DNA of 64,000 nucleotides from Azolla caroliniana (GCA_043228905.1 JBHGNT010000004.1:21328001-21392000), one strand, 5' to 3'. Positions 34,950 to 49,608 are shown, counted from the stretch's first letter. Notes: generated by a model not told the origin, from the sequence alone. A program made the numbers and translations.

Positions 34950-37900
34950 CTAAGAGGGTGAGGAGCTTGCTTGTAAATTTTGTATGTGTTCACCATTCAG
35001 AAAGGCTCTAAGAGAGGATAGAAATTTGGCTAATTTTTGGAGACTCTGTTGCCAATCTAAAGAATGTCTTGGGTCATTCAATGCCCGAACAGAGTTAAGG
35101 CAGACAAGAAGAGTGCCACCTTCGTGCAAGAGAACCTGAAATGATTTACAGCAGTTAGTTAACTCATCAACTAAAAGGCATGTAGACAAATGCATGTAAA
35201 ATTTACTTCATACCGTCAGCCAAAGCGGAAGGAATCCCAATACCGACGGAAGTGCTGCTATGAGTATGCATGTCAAAGCAAGGCACACACTCTGCTTTAC
35301 CTGCATTATGGAAGTTGTGCAAACACGAGGATGAGGCACCAAATAAAACCAACAGATTGTTGGTAAAAAAACACTATACTATTTGCTCTTCCAAAAAGGT
35401 GATTTACCAAAAGGGTAGTCTGTTGTGCCTTTGCAATCACAAAAGGAACTCCATCAATGTTGTCTTGGAGAAGCAGTACATCCGCAACCGCAACTGCTGT
35501 TGCACTTGCATTGCGTGCAAGAACTATCCCAACCGTTGCTGCTGCCAAGGCTGGGGCATCATTTACCCCATCCCCAACCATAATCAAGCCTTTTGAATGC
35601 CCTTTCCCTGCAAACATGCATGATTTGTAAACCTATGTAAACAATAGGCTACTGCAGTTTCAATCCACCTACACACTAATACATACACCTATCTTAAATT
35701 CCTGTAAAATTATTGTTAAAAGGCCTTTGCATATTATTAGCATCAGCAAGCTGATTCTTCCTACAAAGAAATTCCACAAAGCCTTCGGATGGATAAAAGC
35801 AAGGCTCGCTTTGATTATTATTTTTTACCCAATCAAAATGCCTGCCAGTCGATACTATCTTTGTAACTATTCTTTAATTTGAACCCATTTTTATGCATAT
35901 AAGTTTCACAAAACTCTAATTTTACGTAGACAAACAAAAATCAAAATTAGCAATTTTTATCAGAGAAATGAATTTGGAATGCCTTGTTAGATTTTCTGCA
36001 GGCCTGAAATTAGGATTAGTTGCAGATGCATAAAAGATTCTAGATGGCAAGCATGTTTATGCACGCTTCTTTGTCTCTGATGTGTGATCTGCTGAGCAAG
36101 ATTTCAGATTTGTTCAAATTTCTAGAATGTAGAATAAATCAACCTTCACATCCATTTATCAATAGTAATGTATGGACAAGACTGCATCTTCTTCCAATAT
36201 CAGCTCATGCATCCCACAACTACAAGGTGGGAAAGGACATTAATAATAACCTTTCTTCTGAGAGTGTGGAGAGCAATTACCATTCTGCCGGGAGAGGTTC
36301 TTTACACGGTCTAGTTTGTCTTCTGGTTTCATTCCAGAATGCACCTCCTCTATTCCAACTGCTTTGGCAACTCTTCTAGCACTAGATGCATGATCACCAG
36401 TCAGCATCAGAATACGCATTCCCGCATGTTTGAGAGATGCCACAACTTCGGCAGCCCTTGGGCGGAGTTTGTCTTGAAAATGAAAAAGTGTAATCTGCAC
36501 AGTAAGATTGTCTTGGATTTACTCGCCTAATTTTCCAAACTATCCTTCTGACAAAACAGTACTTAATGATGCAGTAATGAATAGATCACTTTTTTTTATA
36601 GCACAACACATTCAAAGACTTCATATGGTTTGAGAACCTTTTCATTGAGAGATAAAGCAGCTATGACAAGTTCATTTCGATGTACAGAGGCTTTTGCAGC
36701 ATCAAGAACTTTTCCACCCTTGGCCTTCAGAACAATAGACGAAGCAACATAATCCAAGGACCCTAACAGCGCTTTTTGTCTCTCTCCACGTTGGGACTGA
36801 TTAATGTAAAATGCAAAAGTAAACCCTCTGCATTTACTAGAACCCAAAGGAAGATCCAAAATAGGCATACCTTCAAACCTGATATTGTTGCTTCTAGCCC
36901 TTTTCCTGGCAAAGACTCAAAATCCTCAATAGCAAGTGACGGCAACATCTTACCTTCACTATGTTCTGCAACTGCCCTGGTATTAAAGAATAGTTAAAAA
37001 CATTGAGATTATTCAATGTTTGAATTGGTTCATGTGATCAAGTTATATTCTAGTGTTTCTATTAACACAGAAAAGGATTATCACAGAAGATAGACAAAGG
37101 ACCTACAAGGGAAAGGAAAATTACAAATTTGGTGCAACAATACTCCTTCCTCCCAATGAGTCAAATTGCTACTATGCACAAAATATATAGCTACAGATTA
37201 TCTCTGTTCTACCTTGCAATGGGATGACTAGCACCTTGTTCCATTGCAGCAGCAACAGCAAGAGCTTCAGCTTCACAACTAGGGTTGCAACAATGTACAA
37301 GTTCAGGTTCTTCCCTTCGTCCGTGCCCATAAATCGGTTCAATCGCCTTACAAACAAGGTCTCCTGTTGTAAGTGTGCCTGTCTTGTCAAATGCAACTGT
37401 ATCACAGCTTGCCAAAGCATCCAATGTTTGTCCACCTTTCAACAGAATACCCTGAAAAAACATGAACAAGAAAGTAGATCCTGACTGATAGTTACCAAAC
37501 ACAAACTTTTTTTCCAGCAGTGGTTCATAGAAAATGCCGCTTAATCCATGATGAAAACCAGACTTAGTTACTTAGTACTTACTGATACCATCTTCAAGCC
37601 ATGAAGACCTTGCTGAACCAAACTTCTTTCTAACTGTTATCCTGGTGTATTTCCAAAGGTAGTTTCTAAGAAAATGTGGCACTTTTATGAAAACCAGACT
37701 TAACTACTTGGTACTTACCGGTACTATCTTCAAGACATGAACGCCTTGCTTATGTGCACACATAGGTATTCAAAAAGCAGTTAAACACAAGGGAACTGTA
37801 TTTAACAACTATCTTCAGAAGGGTGGTGCAAAAGTTGACCGTGAGAAAACGCAAAACAGTCTAAGAAAATCTATTTTAACACAATGTGGCTTATCCAAGT

Positions 37901-40900
37901 CAGCCTAAGAAAATGCAATACAAGCATGATGTCATTTATACCACAAGAATATTCATGTTTTTTCTTCTCCCTAATAATACAATTATATTACTGATGGAGA
38001 ACCTAATGTGAGGTAAAACCACCAAAATATCTACAATAAAGTGACCGAGATCCCAGCTTCTAACAATTAAGTCCATGCCTAAATTATGGATATTACACAT
38101 ATAGGATCTTTGTCAAAAACTGTGTAATATGCATAACCTCACATATCCCTGTAAGGAGTGAGGTGTATATCTACAGACTACAACAAATTGAACAAGCCTG
38201 GTTAGAAATTTTCACATCTATGATCAGGGCTATGAGAAAAAGGCTAAGAAAAATTCCTGCGATCTTAGGTTGAACACTCATGAAAAGAACGTTTTGATCA
38301 AGGCTTGGCCAAGTGTCCAGTTCTTTTTAAGTATCATGTTTTTCTATTGTGGCAGGCATAGCAGAAAACTTTGCTTGTTATAATTTATCCCAATTGTCAT
38401 AGAGATGTTCCCCGGACTGCCTTCACAGCACAGGCAAAGCACTCGGAAAATGCTGGATTTTTTGCCTTGATGTTTCCATGTTATAAGTCCACTTGCACCT
38501 TGTGGACGGGCACACATTTTAAGTGGATTTGGTTAAACTCGAAATGTTCTTCTCAGCTTTTATAGCTGTCTAGGAACTTTCCATACGAAAGTCCATAACT
38601 CCTTTATTGGTGAGAGCAACAAAGGATGCATGCAAAAAGAACAAAGTTGACTTTGTTTGCATGTGATGCTTGCAGATTTAGGGAACTTGTCCATCTGGAT
38701 TTGCGGTTTTGTTTCTTGTTGTGCAAGCATCTCAAGATTATCCAGGAAAGACCAAGATCTCACAGAGCTTCATGAGAAATTAAATATATGGCATCTGTTA
38801 AACACAGCTAATTCATATCATTTCCAGCATCTTCAGAAGAGAATTAAATAAAGATGAAATACCAGAAGAGACTCCAAGTTCTTTGACCATGTATAGGAGC
38901 ACTCTAGCTCTCTATTAATATGATCCTTTTAATTTGATGTACTAAAAATTCAGTTTTTGTATTCCTTTTAGGTATTCATCACCCTTTAGTTTAACAACCA
39001 CAAAAGAAATATGGGATTCTATATATACAGCAAAAATGCAGCCAACCCAAACTCAGCCAACAAAATACATGTCAGACCAAAGGTAACAATAATTACGAGG
39101 TCAATAACAGGACAATATACAGCATAACTATTGTGCAATATTGAACATCTAGTTTATAATTATGAAGAACAAAAGCGAGGTGCTCAACATTAAACAACAG
39201 TAATTTTCTCCGTTGCTCTAGGATTATCAGGTTTTCTGATTCAACATGTAACTTGAAATAATGGCAAAGCAGTCATTTAGATTACTAAATTAATGTGGAG
39301 AGACTATTACCTTACTTGCACAAGAGCTCACTGCAGTTGCATAAGCCAAAGGAGCTACAGCTAAAGCACATGGAGAACCAGCAACCAGAAGTCCTAATGC
39401 TCGATATATAGATCCACGAGTTACTACATGTGAGACAATTGCGATTTAGATCTTTGCTTTTAAGGGGCACAATCTAGATCTGAATCTACTTTTTATTATT
39501 GCATAAGGTTTGTATTAATATACAGTACACAATTACAAGGTCATTGTCAAGACATCAAAGAGACAGCATGAAGTGGAAAATAACACACTTGGGGGATGAT
39601 GTATGCGTCGTCGCATGTTCCATAGAATAAATGAAAAATTAATAGTTCTTCTGTTTACAACAATGGATTTTGACCCCTTCATATAGTAATGGCTGACCAA
39701 AGATGCCTAGACAATTGATTTTGGAAATAAGGAGATCTCTTATCATGACATATTAGTGTTGTCTGCTCCTTCCACCGAGCTAAGGCAAACTAGGTCTATA
39801 ATGCATCATCATGCAGATCATACCATATGGCTAGCACCAAGGGCATCACCTGTGAAAGTAGATCAATATCCTGCAGAAAGGAGTCTATTTGTCAAGGATG
39901 AAGTTTCTATTACCAGAAACATATTCCTTGTGAATCTTAATATATTGAATGCCTTTGAGGTGTGGAGGAATCAACATGAGAATAAAGGCATTATACAATG
40001 TTTCTTGGGTGGGCAGTCTTATTAGAGTCAGACTCGTTTGAAGGATCAATGAATATCCAATATGGAGATTTGTAGAGTTAGACTAAGCCTTAAAATAGCG
40101 TGATGCAAATAGAAGTTCTCTAATATCCAACAGACCATCTGATTTTATCCTTCCCCCTGAGACTATTGATAGGTATGTATGCTCATATGCAAGCAATGCA
40201 TCCGGCTACATGTCTCTTGTTACCCATAGCTAGTGACTCCTCTATGGTCCTGCAACTTCTTGTCTTGGTTGTCTGGATGATTCAATCATCGATAGAAGAA
40301 ACCACAGAAAGAACAAACAATTCAAGTTATAATGGTAGACACTCAGACCGGTAATAGTTAATAATATTTTTTCAACTTCATTGAGGATATTCTTATCTTT
40401 CAATGACATTTTCATAGGATAATCTAAAAACAATTATTAACACAGCATAATGCTGACCTGAGTTACCAATGAGTGGCCACTTAAACAACAGAGGTCCCAA
40501 CAATGCCACAGAAATGGACATGATTATGACAGCCTGACTATAACGTTCTCCAAAATCATCCAGCCATCTCTGAAGTTGGGGTCGGTTTTGTTGTGCTTCC
40601 GCTGTCAGTTTCATTATTCTTGCTAATGTTGAGTCTTCCCATGTCTTTGTCCCCTGAAATTCAGTAAAAAGTCCCTTATCTACTAGCCACATCCACAAAG
40701 AAAGCATAATGATAAACCAAGAAAAAACGATGCAGTTACCAGTATTGAACAATGCATGAAATATCAATCGAGAATGTTCTATTATGACGTGTAAAACTTT
40801 TATAATGCGTTGGAAAAATGTGTTTGAGGCATAATGGTATGGTAAAAACTATCAATGCCACTGAAAGATTTTCAAAATAGGGCAAAGCTACAGATGGAAT

Positions 40901-43110
40901 GCTAGAACCAGTTTTTTCAATTGGTACTGTTATATACAACTACATTGAAAGCCATTGCAGATCTTCATTTTGTACCTTAATAATCAGCATTCCATCAATA
41001 TTTCTTGCACCTCCTGGAACTAAATCACCGATTTGTTTCTCTATGGGTTCAGATTCCCCGGTCAAATGTTCTACTGTTACCATTGATCTTCCGTGCCATA
41101 CTTCTCCATCAACTGGAACTGCCTGAACTGCCCAAAACGTGGAGAAAAATTGTAAGCAAACATTATCTAGAAAGGCATATAGAAACATGTTTCTTTCATA
41201 TAAAAGTCTCACCTCACCAGCCCTCACAAGGATTAGGGACCCGACTTTAACCTTTTTTACATGAACTTCAGTGTATGACATAGTTGATATTGATTGAAAT
41301 GTTGAAGCTTCGTTTCCATTCAGCACCAGAGCTGCCTCTGGATTGCTTTCTTTCAAGTCCTTCACATCTCGCAGTGAACGCTTGGTAAAATACTCTTCAG
41401 CTGTGAATGCAAAATTTTCATTATTGTAAGTATCATGAAGAGAGGAGATAAGAGTGAAACACTATGGCATCAACAAACAAAAGACTCACCAATGTGAGAG
41501 AGGCTAAACATAGCCAAAAGTAAGCCACCCTCCAACGCATTGCCCATTAACAATGAGGCAAACGAAGCAAGAGCCATCAAAACATGTATATTCACTCTCA
41601 ACCCAGCAATGTCCATTGCAGCATCGAGAATTGCCGGTACCTATGTCACATGAACTTCAGGAATGAGATGAATATTCATTTGGTAGGTCCAAAGAAGACC
41701 ACAAAATCACTTAAATTGCAAAGGAACCAAGGCTTATTTATGTCAACGTAAAAAGTCTACAGAGACTACATATCTCATGTTATATGAATTGAATTTGAAT
41801 TTTTCTTCAGAATGACAAGTGCAACACAATCTATTAGTGTTAGCGGAGTAGAGGGTTAGATAATGGTGTGTAACTTCATTAGAGAAAAGTGTGAGAAAAT
41901 GATGATGTATATCCTGATGATGCCTTCAAGTCTTCTACATGAGTAGGGGCATTCTATTAGCTCCTTTTTCTTCTGTTATGAGCATATGACATTATTGGAT
42001 GTTCATTGACGCTAGAGGAGGCATAATACATAGTGATGTTTGGATAGCTATGTCTGAGCACAGATCTAGGTTTTGCTACTATATAAAGAGCTGCTCCTCT
42101 TATTCATTATTCTCATTCATGGTTACACCTCCAACATAGGGATCACCTCCACACGAGTGGTGGTCTATGATTTGTCAATCGATATTGTATGCACCGGAGC
42201 AAAAAGTACTGACTAATAAAGGGTACATTGGTAGCCGTGGAAGGGATGCATCCATGCCTTTTAATTGCAAATTAACCTAATAAACACAACTAATTAATGA
42301 GCAATGTGAATCATCTTATAAGCGTGATTGATAAAGAAAACATGACTAAGGCCAGACTCTTACTCTACATGATTTATTGGGGAAACCCAACATCATGAAA
42401 TATAAAAATTCTCTGTGAAAACTACACCCAATTGATACACTGGCCAAAATATAAGCAATTACCCCAACTAGAGGAAAAGCCGAGAAAGCAAGTCCACTCT
42501 GCAGTGCCGGAGCTAAATGCGGAGGCAATATATAGGGACAAATGGCAGCAATAAGAAGCATCCCCATGGAGAGACAGCACAGTTGTACGTTGTCTCGTAG
42601 AACATCAGCCAGTTTCGTCAATCCGACAGCTGCTGCAGCTTGCAATATTATCTTTTGTACACTATTGATGGAAGAATTCAGGCCATTATTGGCATGAGAA
42701 TGAGAGTGAGAATGAGAATGCCCGCATAATACAAACTGTTTATCGCCACCATGGTCATGTCCACACGAATTACCGCATCCCAAATGTGAATCTTGTTGCG
42801 ATGAACGGACATAGGTCTCTTCTTCATGAAGATGATGACCATGATGATCATGTTCGCGTGAGGTCCCATTGTTGTTGCTGTTATTGTTGTTAAAGAGCTG
42901 GGAGGATATGGTGGCCCTAGTACAATCGGATCCTCCTCTTGAATATTTGTAATTCAATGGTGCAAATACATACCTGTGTACAGAAGAAGAAGAAGAAGAA
43001 GAAGAAGAAGAAGGATAGGTTCCTCTCTTCTTCTTCTGCTCACGAGACTGATCTGAGCTTCGGCCGTGTAAGAGGAAGACCAAGGAAGGGGAAGAGAGGC
43101 AAGAAGCCAT
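34950..43110 (-). CDS. HMA1: P1B-type heavy-metal ATPase, HMA1-like, probably plastid-targeted (multi-exon)
   Basis: Ser-rich transit-like N-terminus and a His-rich region. Motifs EHLTGES, VAGSPCALAVAP (SPC, typical of HMA1), FDKTGTLT, SHPIAR, MLTGD, GDGVNDAPALA and LHEGGTLLVCLNS. Confidence 0.92.
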
Positions 43111-43737
43111 ATTTGTCGTAATTTGGGGGAGGGAGAGGGAGAATCTGAGGCCTAGGAACACAGACAGGCGGACAGATGATGCGATCGAGTGTGTTTCATG
43201 GCGCTCTGCTTCTTCTTCTTCTTCTTTTCTTTGTTTCTACAGGGAGGGGTGGGGGACTGACTTTATGTGCTCATTATGGGCAATGGTGTCGCTCATCATC
43301 AAAACACACACACAATTATATACATATACAGTATATGTATGTACTCCTTCTCTATACTCTCTACTGTCTACATATAAATCAAATAAGCTCATAGTTGTCT
43401 AAGCTATAATTTTACTCTCTCGATCAAATGACGTTATAATGACGAATTGCGAACATGTGTTTTTCTCCCGACCATTTGGACGAATCCATCTTCTGTCTAC
43501 ATCTACGGTTGGGTATGTTCTCCCGTTGGCTCCCGAGAACCCTTGAGCACGAGGTTACAGCGAACGAGAGTTTGTGGCACATACATACTCTATGGTGGCA
43601 TAGGGAATGCTCGTGGGGAGGGGATGGCATTGTAGTTGAACAAGAGAAGTCTTTAAAGGAGGGTTATTCCACCCATTTATCTCTACCTAAGGAAACAGAA
43701 GCACGTCAGTGACAAGTGAATAATTCCATGCATCAAA

Positions 43738-44076
43738 GACACACACAATGATTGTGTATGAAAGGGATGCTTATTGTGATGGTTGTCATGATGAGATACT
43801 TGAGTAAGTCCTATGGGGATTCATTCAAGTCCATGATCTCCTAAATGAGACCAATAATGTCAATAAGGGATGCTTATTGTGATGGTTGTCGTGATGAGAT
43901 ACTCGAGTAAGTCCTATGGGGATTCATTCAAGTCCATGATCTCCTAAATGACACACACGATGATTGTGTATGAAAGGGATGCTTATTGTGATGGTTGTCG
44001 TGATGAGATACTCGAGTAAGTCCTATGGGGATTCATTCAAGTCCACGATCTCCTAAATGAGACCAATAATGTCAAT
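43738..44076. repeat. Tandem repeat: three ~85-bp cores with alternating linkers
   Basis: The core AAGGGATGCTTATTGTGATGG...GATCTCCTAAATGA starts at ~43762, ~43865 and ~43974. Confidence 0.9.
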
Positions 44077-44249
44077 AACAAATGAGTATTTTTTGGCACG
44101 AGCACATGCTTATATGGGGGGGGGGGGGGGGGTATATGGAATCGTCACAAGGAATCTCCCACCCTAATACAAGTCCTACAGGAAATGCATAATTGTACTT
44201 GATCAACTTGGGAAACAATATGGGATACATGATGAACCATAAAGCATAC

Positions 44250-45350
44250 ATTATGATGATGTACATGGTGAGGTAGTTGGTTTAGTATTTGGGCTACTGA
44301 TTAGTCCTTGATCTACTCGGGAAAAGGAAGTCTACTAATGACAAAAATATATTTTGTTGAGAATGATCACGGGTTCAAGGGTCAAAGTCAAAACCCATGG
44401 CCATTTGTGATTAGTATGGGTCCTCGTGAATATACCACATCAATGGTTGGAATGAATGGCAAATGTCACGAAATTGTTTCTCGCAACAATGGGAAAAAGT
44501 AGTTGGAATTTAATTTCAACATATTGATTCAACATCCAAAACAAAAGGTTATCTATTGTGCTAGGTTGACCACTACTATGAATAGTTGGCCCAAAAAAAT
44601 GATAAAGAATTACAAGTGTAACTTCGTAACACATTCAATTCTAGTAGTTGGGGCAAAAGGTCTTAGACATTTTAGGATTTCATATGGCTATTCAAAATGT
44701 GTGAGTGTCTACAAATTAATATAGCCTCAATTTAATGGAGACAATGGGTTGTCCTCCACAAGTGTGGTGTGGTGATATGCCCATAAGAGCGAAGAGCAAC
44801 AATGGAGGTTTTCTTGTTGCAAGCTATCACATTCACTTTGAAGTTGGGAAATAGTCTATGAAGAAATGGGCCTATTAGGAGGAATGTCATTCATATAGAA
44901 ATCCTTGCAATTAGAAATGGGGCAATTATATACATTCTTGTTTGTTGTCAAGATGTTCAAAAACAATGGACATGAAGGTCCAATTTTATGAGGATGGTCA
45001 AAAGTGGGACCATGTTGAACATACTCTTGAATCAATACATGATTCAAATATTGGTCATTAAAATTCCATCTCATGATCCAATCAATTCAATAATTACGGT
45101 TAATATTCAACAAATTTGGTCATAAAGTAGTCGATTGGATCTCACGTGTCCTTACTAAAGATCACCATTCATGATCAAATGGCCAAATGATGTCAATTTC
45201 TATCTATCATATGGCATGGTTATTGTTTGTTGCTTATATCATATTATCAAAGGAGTGCTTGATTGGGCCATTATGCCTATGTCAATTGGATCTAGCGGTA
45301 AGATGAGGTAGCAGGAAACCTCAACGAAAATAAAAACCAGATTGTTCATT
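44250..45350 (-). mobile_element. Possible highly decayed Gypsy RT/RNase H relic
   Basis: Only weak, frameshifted motif remnants (YMND, VTKL, MGFDF, VDFL/SRV) in the expected order. Confidence 0.3.
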
Positions 45351-46836
45351 TCCATTGTTTGAATGACTCATTGAACAATTCCTAGTGTCAAGGAGCCAAT
45401 GCACAAATGAAAGATTAAATATAATAGGCAATGTGTTGATATGTTCACATGTTGTTACAAGTTCGATGCTTAAAAGTCTAATTGCTGATTGGCAAACTCT
45501 GATTTGTTGCATGGAATAGAGTGCCAATTGATGACTTGGTTAATTGTCTTCAATTGACTACAACTTAGAGGGACAATTAGAGGGAAGGACTAGAGAGCAG
45601 GATTGAGGGAGAAAACATAAGTGATCTAAAAATAGGGTGAGAGTGGTACTCTATCATACAATGAGTAAGACTCAAATTGAGTTTACAATGGATTCATATA
45701 ATTGTTGATATTTGAGATACATAGACATATAACTTGAACTCAATCGAAGATTCAAGTTGAGGTAAGATGGATGCATTTACAATCGCAATTTGATATAATG
45801 TTGCAAAAACAATCGCTGGATATTTTCATGCAAAGCATCAAAAGCTCCATGTCAACATACTTGAAACCACATGATTATATTGCCATCACCGGAACCTCAT
45901 TTCTTTCCTATTCAACACCAAAAACTAGTACTACAGTCAGGATCAGCATAACTACCGTTTAGAAGTGTAAAAAGTGAAGAAAATTTCAGATGTCACAAAG
46001 TGAAGAAAAGCAAAACAAATATAAACATGAGAGAGAGAGAATCATATATATACATATATGGTAGTAATGATGATCTGCTATAATGGAAGAACAAGTTCAT
46101 AAGATAAGACATAGACACTCTGTTTTTTTTGTAGTGAAAAAACAAAAATACAACCAAATCTGACATTGAAATTGCTGAAAATAAATGACATTAAATTTGT
46201 TTGAACCACCAACAAAAACCAAATTTTGAAAATTATACTTTCACAATTTTTGGCATATGAATCATTCGGGCTGGCTTTGAAGAGTTAAATATATATACAC
46301 ATCATACACACGTATAGACAACATACATACACACACATTATTTAGTACATATATGATTTCTTGAATCTCAGAGACTACCAATCACTTGCAACTCCTTCAA
46401 GAAACCAGTCATCATGTCCATATCTATATCATGACCATCATTATAAATGAACCGCGTGTATACCACAATAGAGATGAAATAACCAAACATCTGATGTTTG
46501 TAGTAACTAGAATGGTCTTACAATGCATCATACTATACAGAAATTATCAACATTCCTCCTCAATGAAAGTTATGCAATATAATTCTTACATCTGTGTTGG
46601 CTTGCATCCATATTCATTATCATTCAAACTGGTGTGGTTACTTACTAAAGATGACCAAACCAAAACTGTTCATACAAAGGTTGAAAGCTTACCTTTTCAA
46701 AGTGTGAGACAAGCTTCTCGAGAGCTCACTGTACTATAAAAACTGTCCTCCAGAGCATTCGTAAATATCGAATCCTCTCATTGATTCTTGGGTCATTTCA
46801 GCATGAAAATTTCTCCGATGGAACACGTCAGATTGC

Positions 46837-48870
46837 TCAGAAACGTTTCCTCTTACTAGAAAAGAGTTTCTCTCTTTTAATCCAAATATATAACAAACCA
46901 ATCACAAAAACGATTGCAACAGAGAGGGACATCCAAGGGAACGGCGGGTCTTTGAAACATATTAACGTCGCTTGCATCTCCGAGGCAGCTTCATACACAA
47001 GCCTATGTATCTTGAGGAGATCATGATCTGATGACTTTATGAAATACAAAGCATTATCAAACTCAAAATGAGATATTGCCGACATGGCCTTCTCGAGTTT
47101 GAAGTGGAAGACATTCCATCGTTGCATGAATTCAACGTATCTTTTCGGACCAAGAAGCTTTCTCTCCCCTCCATGAACCTTTAGAGACTGAAGAACATCT
47201 ATTGCGCTAGATACTGAGATATTGAGAGTAGTGAAAAGAATGTTCCTCGGAGCTGCATCCTTCTGGACAAATGACAAAGACGACAAATCAGAAAAAGGCC
47301 CAAATGGTGTTTGGCCAACACTCCATGTATAGTCGACAATAGAGCTATTGTGTTGTGTACTCCATCGGACATGGGTGGGGCTTACACCCCATAATGTCTG
47401 CAAAAGGGACCCAACAATAGGTCTTTCCAAATGCCTGCTTTGAGAAACAACATGGCGCCCATTGCATGTGTAATCACTCACACCTTGAGATGACCTTGTC
47501 CTCACTGCAATAACCATATCTCTAAATGCCATAGCTTGATGATATCGATCTAGGAGCAAATGTCGATCTTGATCAAGGTCGAATACATACACTGGGATAA
47601 CTCTCGCCGCTGAGGTGTGAATACCAGCTTTAGTTAGAAGTTCATGTTTTGAGTGCCGTAATGCCCAATGCAGTTGTTTGGAATCAAGGTAATCACTTAC
47701 AATTAATGTATAATTCTCAAAGTGAAACCTCGATGTATATGATCTCACAGAGCGAGATATCGCCGCCACACATATTGAACAAGCTGACATTTTGAAGATG
47801 TGACGATGAAATTTCAAATGTTGCCGATGGAGAAGCAGGCCATTCTTGCTTTCTTCTAAGAAGGTGTTCTCAATTAGGTTCCAATCCAAGCCTTTCAAAT
47901 CCAATTCATGCTCGGATCCTTGGATATGGATGAAGTGGACCTCAAGGTCGGTTTCAAAATGGACAGGAACTCGTAATGGAGGACAAAGAAGCATTTGAGA
48001 GGCACTCCATACAAGAGATGCTAAATCAGCAATAAAAGCTTTTTGTCCCTGTTTATTGCTATGCAATGTGGCTAAAGGATGGGCATCTCCTCTAGGAAGA
48101 AGGCCTTCACCAGATTGAGCAGGGCCATATTCAACAGGACCAGCTGCTAAATCTATCCATGCATATCTATCTCTTCCCATCCAAATACTACCTAAACATT
48201 TAGAAAATGCAGGTGGACTCTCCCCCGAGTTGTAAGAATATGCATAGCTTTTTGGTTGCTTCCTTAGATTTAGAAGGTAAATCTCGTATGAATTTGATCC
48301 TACTTGTTTCGACATCACGCCTCGGACAATTTCGTCCACGACAATGTAATCGACTGCCTTCAAATTATGACTAGCTAGAGAAGAAGGTTTATCTAGTTCC
48401 TTCGCAATGGCATCAAAAATGGTATCAGACAGTTTTCTTTCCATAATTTCGACATTCACTGAGACTCTGGTTTGAAGAACTAGATCATGTAAATCTCCCC
48501 CTACAACTTGAACTTTCCTTTCTCTATTTACCACATCTATGTAATGTGCAAACTGACTGTCCATGTCAGATCTATCTTCATTTGAAAAACCTACCAGTTT
48601 TACAGTTACAGGAATTGTTGCCTCTAGTGACAAAAGAGATTTGATCTTACTTTGTGTATCGAAGGGGCCACTCTGTCCAAGCATCCTCTTTTGGGAGGAA
48701 GATAGAGACAGGAAGGAATCTTGCTGCGCCGTGGGATCAATATCCATTTGAGACAAAGACGAATCCAATCCGTAGAACGCTTGAACAGTCTTCTGCTGAG
48801 ACATGGAGAGGAGGAAGAGGAAACAAAGGAAGAGTTTTTCCATTGAAGCAAAGGTATGCATACCATCCAT
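46837..48870 (-). CDS. Conserved plant single-exon protein of unknown function with signal peptide and C-terminal TM helix (resembles Arabidopsis At3g28720)
   Basis: Long intronless ORF starting at ATG 48870 or 48843, with hydrophobic MEKLFLCFLFLLS. Conserved blocks WIDLAAGPVEYGP and LLLDRYHQA. TM helix followed by the basic tail KRKRF. Confidence 0.85.
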   Translation of the reverse strand: MDGMHTFASMEKLFLCFLFLLSMSQQKTVQAFYGLDSSLSQMDIDPTAQQDSFLSLSSSQKRMLGQSGPFDTQSKIKSLLSLEATIPVTVKLVGFSNEDRSDMDSQFAHYIDVVNRERKVQVVGGDLHDLVLQTRVSVNVEIMERKLSDTIFDAIAKELDKPSSLASHNLKAVDYIVVDEIVRGVMSKQVGSNSYEIYLLNLRKQPKSYAYSYNSGESPPAFSKCLGSIWMGRDRYAWIDLAAGPVEYGPAQSGEGLLPRGDAHPLATLHSNKQGQKAFIADLASLVWSASQMLLCPPLRVPVHFETDLEVHFIHIQGSEHELDLKGLDWNLIENTFLEESKNGLLLHRQHLKFHRHIFKMSACSICVAAISRSVRSYTSRFHFENYTLIVSDYLDSKQLHWALRHSKHELLTKAGIHTSAARVIPVYVFDLDQDRHLLLDRYHQAMAFRDMVIAVRTRSSQGVSDYTCNGRHVVSQSRHLERPIVGSLLQTLWGVSPTHVRWSTQHNSSIVDYTWSVGQTPFGPFSDLSSLSFVQKDAAPRNILFTTLNISVSSAIDVLQSLKVHGGERKLLGPKRYVEFMQRWNVFHFKLEKAMSAISHFEFDNALYFIKSSDHDLLKIHRLVYEAASEMQATLICFKDPPFPWMSLSVAIVFVIGLLYIWIKREKLFSSKRKRF

Positions 48871-49074
48871 CCAGGGCCGATTTCGAGGGGGAGAATTGTG
48901 TTTTTCAAGGGAAGAGATCGATCTGCATGCAGAGGGGATGGGGAGAGCTAAAAGCCCTAGAAATAGAGAGGGATGAAGGAGGGGGCAGGGCAGGGTAAGC
49001 TTGGAGGTGGAGTTAATTTTGGTTTTAGGAAGGAACTGATAAAAGTGGCCGAGCAGGAAGGAAACGCTTGGGGG

Positions 49075-49379
49075 GTGTGTGTGCATGTATGTATGTATGT
49101 ATGTATGTATGTATGTATGTGTGTGTGTGTGCATGTATGTATGTATGTATGTATGTATGTATGTATGTATGTATGTGTGTGTGCATGTATGTATGTATGT
49201 ATGTATGTATGTATGTATGTATGTATGTATGTATGTATGTATGTATGTGTGTGTGCATGTATGTATGTATGTATGTATGTGTGTGTATGTATTGATGTAT
49301 GTATGTGTACGTACGTACGTATGTATATATGTAATAATGTAATAATGTATGTGTGTGTATGTATGTATGTATGTATGTA

Positions 49380-49424
<45 letters not shown>

Positions 49425-49577
49425 TAATGTATGTGTGTGTATGTATGTATGTATGTATGTGTGTGTGTGTATGTATGTATGTATGTATGTATGTATGTAT
49501 GTATGTATGTATGTATGTATGTATGTATGTATGTATGTATGTATGTATGTATGTATGTATGTATGTATGTATGTATG

Positions 49578-49608
<31 letters not shown>

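Noticed and set aside
31060-37750. Short local duplications in introns (~31065-31245 and ~37550-37750)
   Set aside because: Ordinary diverged intronic duplications with no further structure.
43738-44076. Repeat-spacer-like layout resembling a CRISPR array
   Set aside because: The repeats are ~85 bp, the spacers recur rather than being unique, there are no cas genes, and the context is eukaryotic.
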